Assembly: GCF_000142905.1 (NCBI RefSeq)
Contig: NW_013657668.1
Coordinates: forward strand, 48,492 to 112,257
Reading direction: 5' to 3'
DNA length: 63,766 nt
From: Thecamonas trahens ATCC 50062
Lineage: Eukaryota > Protista > Apusomonadida
The notes beneath the pieces are model-generated. The model searched no databases, had not been told where the DNA came from, and worked only from the letters and a program-made list of their open reading frames with translations. Positions 1 to 10,600 of the stretch are shown here, in pieces (positions within the stretch are counted from its first letter, which is position 1; every line of letters starts with the position of its first letter). A program made the position numbers and the translations under genes.

Positions 1-144
1 GGGGGGGGGCACGTACGATGAACAGGCAGTTGAGGGTGTTGAGGGTGGACACAAGGCGGCGGTGCTTGTCTGTGGAGTATGGGAGGACAGGAGAGACCAG
101 AGAGACAGCCATAGACACAACCAAGCACACACACACAGGCACCG

Positions 145-146
<2 letters not shown>

Positions 147-186
<40 letters not shown>

Positions 187-208
187 CATGCACACACACA
201 CACACACA
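147..208. repeat. (CA)n microsatellite followed by poly-C tracts (about 241-290)
   Basis: Near-perfect CA dinucleotide run seen directly in the sequence. Confidence 0.95.
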
Positions 209-378
209 TAGAGTAAGTACCTCCCAATACAGTATCGCCCCTACCCCCCCCCTTCCCCCTCCCCCCCCCCTCCCCCTCCCCCCCCTCCACTTGACACATC
301 ATCTGCTCTCTGTTGAACACTTTGTTGGATGAGGCCTCTCCTCACCGGACATTATCTCCACGGACGCGCGCTGATTGC

Positions 379-1167
379 TCAGATGGCACCGTACGAGCCG
401 TTGGTTGATGGTGACTTGGGCATGAGGTGCCCGTACTTGGCATTCATCTGCTCCCGCCGTGCGTTGGTCCGAGGCGTTGCCGAAGTTGACTTCTCCATGT
501 CGTCCACCCAGCGCTCGTAGTCGTCCAGCAGACTCTGTGTCTTGCGCTTCGACCGCGCCCGGCACTTGCAGTACACACAGCAGCAGAGTGCAGAGAGGAT
601 GAGGAACAGCAGGCCTGCCCCGCCCACCAGCAGCCACTTGTCCGCCACAAAGCAGAAGCTCTTGCGCCAGTCGTCGCACGTGCCGTGATCCGGACCCAGG
701 AACGATCCCTTGGAGCAGCTCTTGGTCGACTGGCACCAGCCGCACGACGAATGCGCCTTGCACGCCGTGCAGGACGTCCGCTCCGAGCAATTGAACGCTT
801 GCGACCCAAGCCTCCCGCTCTCACTCGCCAGCATCACCTCGGCCACCACGTTTCCGTTCTTGCCGTCGTCGTCCTCCGTTGCTCGCACCTCGGCCGCACC
901 CGCGCCAAACACCACCGGCTTGACCTGGACCTTGTCCGCCCACAACTCTGGGCCAACCTCACCAAGGTCTCTTCCGCGTTGACCACCATCCTCACCCGCC
1001 ACTGCCACCGCCATCACAGCCGTCAGAAGCATGGTGGCGAGCAGCAGGTCGAGCCACAACCGCCCAGCCAGACGACGACCACCGACCAGACCAGTCCGAC
1101 CACGACGGGCACCACACCCACCACCATACAACGACCACATGTGGCCACTTGCTCTCCCTTGTTGCAT
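379..1167 (-). CDS. PSI-domain single-pass membrane protein, PTTG1IP/PBF-like
   Basis: Hydrophobic signal-like stretch (LLLATMLLTAVMAVAVAG), PSI motif CSERTSCTACKAHSSCGWCQSTKSC, TM helix followed by CCCVYCKC, tail RREQMNAKYG and terminal YGAI. Start uncertain (ATG at 1167, 1140 or 1032). Confidence 0.7.
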   Translation of the reverse strand: MQQGRASGHMWSLYGGGCGARRGRTGLVGGRRLAGRLWLDLLLATMLLTAVMAVAVAGEDGGQRGRDLGEVGPELWADKVQVKPVVFGAGAAEVRATEDDDGKNGNVVAEVMLASESGRLGSQAFNCSERTSCTACKAHSSCGWCQSTKSCSKGSFLGPDHGTCDDWRKSFCFVADKWLLVGGAGLLFLILSALCCCVYCKCRARSKRKTQSLLDDYERWVDDMEKSTSATPRTNARREQMNAKYGHLMPKSPSTNGSYGAI

Positions 1168-1374
1168 GCGCTTATCCACAACTACAATCTTCGAGTTGGC
1201 TGTATCGCTCTGTAACCCCCCCCCCCCCCCCCCCCCCCACCCCCAACCCGCCAACCTCACCCTTCAACCAATGTCGACCACGTGACATGCCACAGCCACT
1301 CGGCCACTCGGCCACCACCGGCAAACCGACCCATGGCCTCCGCTCAACAGCACATCAACTTGTTCACTTCACGT

Positions 1375-4300
1375 CTATCGCTTGCCCTTGCTCTTGCTCT
1401 TGCCGCGAGTAAACGCCGCCTCGGTCTCGCGCGCCATCGAGGAGATGACTCGGCCGTGGCCGGCGCCATCGGTGGCGGTGCCGATGTCATGGCCGACTTC
1501 GGTGAGGATAAAGGCACGAACGACGTCGCCGTAGTACACACCGGTGGCACGGACTGCCACGTCGTAGCGAGTAAAGTGGCCCATTGCGTGCGCCTTGCGT
1601 GCGTCGAGAGGAAGCCCCAGCGGCGACGGGAGCTCGGCGAGCACGTCGCGGAGCGCGTCAGGGGCAATCGGTTGCTCCAGGTCGCCGCCGGCCTCGTCGA
1701 GGAACGCCATCCGGAAGCCGTGCAGCGTCTCACGGCGGTTGTACAGCTGCACAAACCGCGTTGCCTCGCCGTAAGCTGCAAAAGCAATCGAGGTAAAGAC
1801 GTGGATGCCGCCCATGAACACTGCCACCCAGTAGATGGCAAACAGTGCCACCGCCGCCCCATCGCCCTTGAGCTGGCTCTCCACGAGGAAGCCCCACGTA
1901 TCGCCGGTAAAGACCCGCATAAACTGAAGCAGCGCCTGCCCAAGCGACCGGAACTCCTGGTTGTCATCGAGCCCGCGCGAGAGCGAGTGCGAGCCAAAGC
2001 CTTCCATCGCCATAAACGCAAACGGCAGGGTCATCGCCACCACGCCCGCGAGCGCAAGCACGAGCGGAACCAGCGCACGCGTCGCCACGTGGAACAGCGC
2101 CTGCATTGCCCCCGTCCGTGCCACAAGCCGCACCGTACGCAGCAGCCGGAACATCCGGAAGACAGACAGCGCCGTCGCCTCACCCTCGGCCGCCTCGAGA
2201 ACAAGGCCCACAACAGAGAGGACAAGGACGCCAAAGTCAAACGTGTTCCACGACAACGGCCAAAAGTACTGCCACCCGAGTCCCACAATCTTGAGCAGCG
2301 CCTCCAGTGCGTAGAGGGCCACAAACACCGCATTGACCACAAGCAGGTGCGTGTCCCACTCGTCGGTCTGGCCCTCGTGCCGGAGCGCAAGGTACGCCGT
2401 GTTGATCACAATAATCACCGCAATCAAAATCTCAAACGCGTCCGACGTCACCATCCGGAACACCGGCGTCCGGCACGACGCGCCCGCCGGCGGCGCCTCG
2501 TACTCCTCGCTCAGCTCGGTCGAGATCTCCGTCACAAACACGCCCAGCCGCGCATCCACCACCGACGAACGCTCGTACACAGAGCCGCCCATCTCGCGTG
2601 CTACGTCCACAAATGTGTCCACAACAGCAGCCAAGAACAGCGGCGCTACAAACCAGAGCTGCACCACAATGTAAGCCACAAAGAACAGCGCGTTGGCCCG
2701 CGACGCCTCAAACTGCGCCGCAGTGTTGATCTCTTGCGGCGCGTCAATGCCCGCATACAGCACCGGCGTCCAGTCCGTCAGCGCCGTCAGGTGCAGCATC
2801 GCGTACAGTGCCTGCCCAAAGTCGTCAAAGTTGACCGCAGGCGTCACCCACACCCGCGCCTCGTTCGGCCCCATCAGCCCCTTGCACGTCTCCACGCTCG
2901 TCCGCGTAGCGTCTGAGCACTGCCCGAAACGACCCTGGAACAGCTGCAAGCCCATGAGCGCAAACGCAAAGAAGAACATGATAAACACCGCAAACGGACC
3001 CGCAAGCCGCGGAACGCCCACCTGCGCCGCACGAACCATCACTCGCACGGGACGGAGACGCGAGAGTACACGCACCAGCCGCAGGAACCGCAGCCCGCGC
3101 AAGAATCGCAGCCCGCCCACGAGCCCCAGCCCGCATCCGGCCAGCGCCACAACGTCCAGCCACGCGCTCGCGTCGCGTAGCAGCGCCGTCCGGTACGTCG
3201 CAACGCGCACCGCCGCCTCCAGCGCAAACAGCACAAAGACAACAATGTCAAGCACACGCAGCACGTCGCCCTCACTCCCGGGCTCGTCCCAGAACAGATA
3301 CACGCACGCAGCAACAATGAGCACGTCCACAACCATCTCGTACCCCTGCGAGGCTACCAGCCACGCCCCGGATGCCACGCCCTCTGGCTTGGTCTTGGCC
3401 AGGTGAACCGGGACACCCACATGCCCGTCAGACCGCGGCACTGTCACCAACTCGTACAACCACCGTCCAGCCGCACCGCAGACCCCGCTGCCGCCGCCAA
3501 CCTCGTCTGACGAGTACCCGAGCGCCGCCGTCCGCGTACCGTACTCGGAAAGCGATGAGAGCGACGAGAGCGACGACGACGACGAGGACTCGCGCTTCGC
3601 CGACTTGCGCCGCTTCTTCTTGCCGCCGCCTCGCTTCCGCGACGCCTCCTCCTGCTCCTCAGAGTACGAGTCCAGCTCGGACGAGTCAGCCACATACGAG
3701 TACGACTCGCTGGCGGTGCTTGTGTCACGCGCATCAGCCTCGGCCTCAGCTTGCGCACCCACAGGGTCCCAGTTGGAAAGAATGACAACAGCAAAGAGGT
3801 TGACAACGAGTAGCTTGCCAAACACAAACACAACAATGCAGAACGGCGCCCCGTACCACGGCTCCACCTCCATCGTGTCGTACAGCGTCGTCGCAAAGCC
3901 CTTGCCGCTCATGAGCACGAAAACGCTCACCAGCGACGAAAACACAGAGTCAAAGTTGGTCCGCGGAACGTCGGTCTCATCAAACCGCATCTCGTCCTGG
4001 AACAGCTGCTTGCCGATGAGCGCAAAGACGAGCGCAAACAGCGATGTGAGCACAACAAGGAACAGCGTGTTCGGCACAGACTTGTATGCACAGTGCAGCG
4101 TTGTCCGCACGTACGTCATCCACCTGCTCTCAGCAAAACAACAACAACAGCACACGGTTGGCATCAGGTAAGTGGTGGTGGTAGGTGGGGGGGGGGGGGG
4201 GGGGGGACACGGAAGGATGAAGGGATACAAAGAGCCGACAGATGCATCGTTGTAGCGCGCGACCACGTCGGCCCCGCCGCTGCCACACCTGCGCTCTTGC

Positions 4301-6429
4301 GAGCGGAGGGGCTGCGGCAGGCGCAGTGGCGCCCGCGTTGATATCCCAGTTGCTACATGTCAAAGTCGACGGAAAACGACAGTAACGAGCATGAACTGGT
4401 TGGGGGAAGAAAGGTGACAGGGAAAGGGGAGAGAGGGCAAGCACACAGTCACGTACCGGGCCGTCCGGGCCAGCCTGAAAATCCGCGCCACTCTAAGTGC
4501 ACGGAAGACAGAGATCGAAGTTGTCGATGCAAAGAGGAGCTCAATGACCGACGCCAGAACAACAAGAGCATCAAAGATGTTGAACCGGTCACGGAGGTAA
4601 CCCTTGACACCCATGGCGGCGAGCTTGACAAAAAACTCGAGGATAAAGGCACCAATGAAAATGGCGTTGGCGAGGTCGAGCTTGTCACGGTTCGACTCGC
4701 TCATCGACGCGTGCTCGAGCGCCATGACCACGACGTTGGCAAGGACAAGCGCACCAATCACGACAGAAAAAGCCACAGAATCGGTCATCCGCCGAAGCGC
4801 AGAAACAAACCCGGGCTTGTTGCTCAGGTACTCGGCCTTGAGCTTGTGCTGCGGAACCGAGAAAAAGTTGAACGCCTCGCGGTGCCGAAACTGGAACGCC
4901 CCAATCGGGTGCTCCCACCACCGCGGCGCCTCGCCGACCCCATGCGCCGGCTTGTATCGCCGCACAACCTCGGCCTTGGCCTCCGCCTGGGACGGCTCCG
5001 AGTAGAGTGTCATGTACGAGCTCGTCGACGACGCCGAGCTCGACGCCTCCTGCTCCTCCGAGTAATCAGGCTCAGAATCGTACTCGTACTCGCCGTATCC
5101 AGACTCGTAGTCGTTGTCGTCGTCGTCCGATCCGGACCCCCCACGGTGCGCCCCATGGTGGTGCCGCGTCCGGATCATGGCCGCCAGCGTCCGCGCATGG
5201 GCAATGGCCGACTCGAGCGCCTCGTCCTGCGCCCGTGCCTCGGCCTCAATGTCCACGTAGTGGTCAAACAGAGCGGCGAGCATGAAGTTGATGGCAAAGA
5301 GCGAGGAGAAGAGAACAAACGGCAGGAAGAGGACAACAGCCCAGGCAGACCACGAGTCCATGACGAAGAACAGGAGCTCGGCCCATTCATCGCCGGAGAA
5401 GACCCGGAACGCCGCAAGCGAAGCAAATCCAAAGTGGTCGAACGAGGTAAACCCGCGATCCGGGTTACGCTCTTCGCCCAGCTTGACGCACGAGACCGGG
5501 TTAAACGCTGACACCGTCGGACACTGCAGCCCGTGGCTCGGGTCGCGCGAGCACCGCACGTCCTCATCCACGATCCCAAAGCCGACGCAGTGCTGCCGAA
5601 GATTGCCCGACCACAGATTGGTCCCGTAAATTGCAAAGAACACCATCACAAATCCGATGAGCACAAGGACACGAGCAAACGTAGGGACCGCCGATAGGAA
5701 CGTCTCGATGAGCACACGCAGGCCGCGCACATGCCGTAGAGTCCGCAACGTCCGCAGCACCCGAAGCCCACGGATAGCCGTCGCGTTCTTGACTCCAGGC
5801 ACAAGCGTGAGCCATCCAACTACAACCACCACAAAGTCGAGCCAGTTCCACCCGTCCCGAAAGTACGCCGTCTTGTGCCGCCACACGCCTGACGCAGTGA
5901 TCTTGAGCATCATCTCGATCGTGTACACCACAGAGAACCCAATCTCCAGCGCCTCAAATGTCGACTCTGAGAACCGCGACTCGAGAATGAGAATGACCAC
6001 ATTCGCCACAATCACAGACAGCACTGCGCGCTCAAACCACAGATTGTCCACAATCCGGATGCATGTGTACCGCAGCCAGTTGGACGGCTTCATCAACCCG
6101 CATGCCCGCGACTCGTACCGCTACACACCTCGCCAAGCCACAATCACTTTCATGTGAGAGAACCGCCCGAGCTGGGTATCATGGTCGCACGAAAAAAAAA
6201 CCCCACACCCTCACATCCTCCATTCACAGAACCAAAACTGAGCGCTACGCCAGCTCGCGCAGTCAGCCCGCAGCCCCCCGCTCGCCAGTCTATGGCCGCC
6301 TTCTGCCCCCTCCTCACATTTGCTCCATCCCCCCTTTCCAAACCAGACTACGCCCCATGCCTTGCCCCCCATATTCTCACTACAACGTACCTTGTCGCGA
6401 CCTACGTAGGCCGTGAACTCCCCTGGCAT
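1375..6429 (-). CDS. Four-domain voltage-gated cation channel (Cav/Nav superfamily) alpha subunit, ~1483 aa; exons 6429-6391, 6120-4457, 4123-1375
   Basis: Four 6-TM repeats, each with an Arg-rich S4 (IRGLRVLRTLRTLR; FRALRVARIFRLAR; LRFLRGLRFLRLVR; FRMFRLLRTVRLVAR) and a P-loop. Introns GTACGT..TAG (6390-6121) and GTACGT..CAG (4456-4124) join the ORFs in frame (MPGEFTAYVGRDK|RYESRAC; RLARTAR|WMTYVR). Confidence 0.9.
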
Positions 6430-7647
6430 GGCAGTGCGGCTCGCCGGGGGTCAAGTGTTGGTAGAGCCCTGTTGATGTCGGTCGATGAATAGACTGCCTG
6501 GTTTTCTTGTGTGGCAATTGTTCGACGGCGCTGCCCGCAGTCCCACCCCCTGCTCCATCCCGCGCACATCGTTTTCGTCTCTTGCTGGCAATCTGGATTT
6601 TGGAATTGTACTCGATGCGGATTGTCTACCATCATCATGTGATAGGGGTAATCGGCAAAGGTTGATGCTGTGAACTCGGTACGATCGGATTGGGTTGTCT
6701 GGGGCTGGCCATGACCCCAAGAGCTGACCTCACGCCGCCCTATGTGCTCCGCGGCACCGACGCTGGAACGAAATTGAGGCACATCGTACCCCAGCGCCAA
6801 CTCGCCAGGACGCCGTCATCGCTTTGCTCCTATGACCCGCGATATCATGGCGGTGTCGAATGTACGCTTCGAATCATGAGTCCATGCACAGGAGGTGGAC
6901 ACACCGAGTCCGCTCCTCGCCGCGGACGCGTACGGTGTGATCGTGGCGGCGCGAACTGCACTCGTCCGCTTTGCTTCAGGCGTATTTCTGGCGCAAGCGT
7001 GTGCTCATTGACGGTGGTGCTCCTGCGGCGCACGATGCCCTCGACGCTCCGCCGCACTGCGATGGTCGCGAATAGCCCCGCCACGTGTAAAACGACTTCC
7101 GACAAGCAAGCGTCGCGTTCAGAAGTACACGATGGTCATCATATGCTATGCTACTCTGTGATGTGTGTGGGAAGGGGACGCGCCTTTCAGGGCCTGAAAC
7201 CCGAGTGGTGTCAAAAATATTGGAGAAGAGCAAGCGGTCCGCAAACGTCCACGTGGTCACCCCAACAGCCAACATGGTCGAGCGCAAACCTGCGCTCTGC
7301 AGGTTCACTATGTGCCAACGCTCATGACCTATGTGTTCTCACATTGTTGCTTTTCCGCTGGTCACAATCGTGCCGGCTGTAGGCAATTAAGCTCCACCAC
7401 CAAGCTGGCGACCAGTGCTTGATGCGGGTCCGTGGACCAGCGGCTATCGTCTCGACTCCACTTATTGGCCAATAGCCTGGAAGCCACACACTCGTCAAAC
7501 CTCCCCCACGTCCTCTTCACGTACATCCCCACGAACCGAGAGGGTAGCTTGCACGTACCAACACCTATACCTCCAACTCTCCAACTCTCCTGGTCCAGCA
7601 CCTACTTTTGCTGCCCACCTTCCACCACCTCCACCACCACTGCGTCC

Positions 7648-10600
7648 ATGTTTCCACTCGTCGGAGTCTGTGGCACTCGTTTGTCACTGCTGGCGTTGAT
7701 GCTAGCAGCCGTGACGACAGCCTATCCATATGCAGAGGTCATGAACTACGCCCCGACGGACACTACAGATGCGTTTGATCCCTCGAGCCTATATGACACG
7801 CGGTCCTTCCATGTCACAGGAAACCATTATATCACAGACCGGCTTGGCCTCGCCACTGACATCACCGCAGATGGCTCAATCGTTGTCATTGGTGGACCGG
7901 GCACAGAGGACGCCGTTAACCAGAAAGGCGCCGTTCGCATCATGTACCGCCAGTCCGACTTGAGCTATACGTTGCACAAGATGCTCTGGCATCCGCAGGT
8001 GAGCTTGTCTGTGGCCGTAGACGCCAACTTTGGCGCATCGGTCTCGATCACGCCGGACGGGACCACCCTTGCCGTGGCCCACTTTTTCGGTCAGCGGCGC
8101 GCAACCTGGCCGGCTACGGCTGACCAAGTCTTTATCTACTATCGCGATGCCGGAGGCGCCGACAACTGGGGCCTGGTGGCGACGGGAACAACGTCATCCG
8201 TGGTTGGGCTCAAGACACTCGGCACCACGGTCTTGCTCCGTGACGACGGCCAGGTCGCGTTTGCCACAGTGCCGTCGACCGCGACGCCATCGCCGCCAGC
8301 GCCGGCAGGCACAGATGGAATGGCCTTTGGTGGTATCGACGTGTTTGGCCGGGACCACACCGGAGCCGACGCATGGGGACGTATCGCGACGCTGCTGCCG
8401 GGGACCGTTACCAGCGGAGACCCGAATCACTTTGGAACCATCATGGCATCAGTGGGCAACTGGCTCTTCACCAGTTGGCAGCTCAAGGCTGGGCTGATTC
8501 CTTTGGCTGAACATGTCCTGTCGATCTACCATGCTGCTGACGGCATATCGTACACCGAGGTCAGCCGCTTTACGGGCGCCGATCTTGGAGGAACGGGCAC
8601 ATTGATCCTCCCTGTCTCCTTCGCCGCTGTGGATGACCTCCTGGTTGTGTCCTGCACGATGATATCGTCGAACGCCCACGGCGGGCTTGTATTTTTGCGC
8701 AAGGATGTGTCTGACAACTGGAGCTCTATCCAAGTTGAGGCCAACCCCAATGCTGTGACTACCTACGAATTCGGGCAAGCTGTAGCGCTCTCTCGAGATC
8801 CACACTCGAACGTGTTCATGGTGGTAACGGACGGCGGGACGTCAAGTGAGATTGAGATTTTCACCGACAAGGTCACGCCATACGTCTTTGCACACGAGGC
8901 CACCGTGTCTGCGCCCGGCACACCTCCGCTGCTCACCAATCCTGGAACTACGGTCGTGGACTACGGCCAAGCGATCTCGGCGTCGTCCAACACCATCGTT
9001 GTGGGGCGGCCCACTGTGGGTCAGGGGGGTTCATTGCGTTCCGGACCTGCCTCTCGAACAACATGGCTCATCCGGGATGCGTTTGCGTGTCCAAGTGGAC
9101 TGGGCCGACATGCAACGAGAAGATCCGGCCGCCGACGGTGGTGGCCGGCGAGGTCATCGACGACAACGACAAGGACGTGATTGTGTCGCCGGGTGACACG
9201 ATTGTGCTGTACTTTGCGTTTACGTCCAACGGCGGCGGGTTTGGCAGCTCTGTGCTGAGCCGGGCCGATGTGGATGGACTGTTGGAGTTTGTGCCGCCGC
9301 TTGCCGGACCGGACGGCGACTACACGGGTAGGTGGATGGATCCCGGGGTGTACAGCGTGCTCAACATCTCGATTGTTGCGACAGGAGCAAGCGACGATGT
9401 GGTGGGCCCAAGGCCGAGGAGCTGGCGGTGCGTGTGATCGGGACGTCGTTCCTGGCGGGCAATGGGACGTCGTTCCCACCGGATCCGAACGTGGTGTTTG
9501 ACAACTTTGTGGGCTCGTGGGGCACGGGCGCTGGAGTGCTTCCCGGCGAGTACCCAAGGCCGCAGCTGGAGGGCGTGTCGCCGTCGGTCTGTTCGCTTGC
9601 GGGCTGCACGATCACGCTGTACGGGAGCCAGTTTGTACCCGGATGCAGCGTGGGCATCGGCGACGAGCACTACGAGTTTGTCAGCCCGCGGCTGACGTAT
9701 CACAACAGCAGCATGATGACTGTGGTGACGCCGTCGTACACCAGTGAGGGCTACCGGACGATCAATGTGACGAACTTGCGGAGTGAGGCGTCTGTGCTGG
9801 AGCGGACAATGTTTTTCACAGACGACTGTCCACAGCCCGGACAGTTTGGACGCGGGACGGCGTGTCGGACGTGTCCGACGGGCGCGTACTGCCCGGGCGG
9901 GTTCCGGATGTGGCCACTGCCTGGATACTGGAACCCGAACGAGAACGTCGGGTGGGTGGAGCGATGCCCGGAGCCCTCGACGGCACGATGCCTCGGCGGG
10001 GCGACGTCGGCGTGTGCAGCCGGATACACCGGCGATTTTTGCGCTGCTTGCGAGAGCGGGTACTTTAAGCGTGGCGGCGAGTGCGTATCCTGCGGTGCGG
10101 ATACCAAGGGCATCTTTGCAGGTCTACTGTTAACGAACGCGGTCTTCTACGGCGCGTTCATTCTTGCCGCGCTTGTGGTGAAGGACCGGACACTGTCGAC
10201 GTTGTCACGGGTGATCATCACGGTGCAGATGATTCGGGGAGTGGCCAAGATGAACGTGTCGCGGCTCTCACCCGAGCTGCGGACGCTGTACTCGTACTTT
10301 GCGCTCGTCACGATGGATGCCGAGTTTGTACGACCGGGATGTGTGGTCTCGTCTGTGTTTCCGGTGCTGTTCTGGGCCAACGCAGCGCTACTCGGGACGA
10401 CCGTGGCTGCGGCTGTGCTGTTCATTGCGCTGGCCAAGTCTGTGACGCACTCGCACCGGTTCTACCGCAACCGAGTGGCACGAACGCTTGTGATTCTGCT
10501 GGCGATGATGTACCTCTCGCTGTCGACGTACATTCTGCGTGGTGGGTACTGCCTACCCGGGCGGGACGATCGGATGCGACTTGTGGCAGAGCCGTCGACG

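Noticed and set aside
18-332. ORFs made of HT/CV/PPP repeats (also 16019-16309, 24711-25199, 34436-34920, 48616-49487)
   Set aside because: Translations of (CA)n, (GCCA)n and poly-C/G non-coding tracts.
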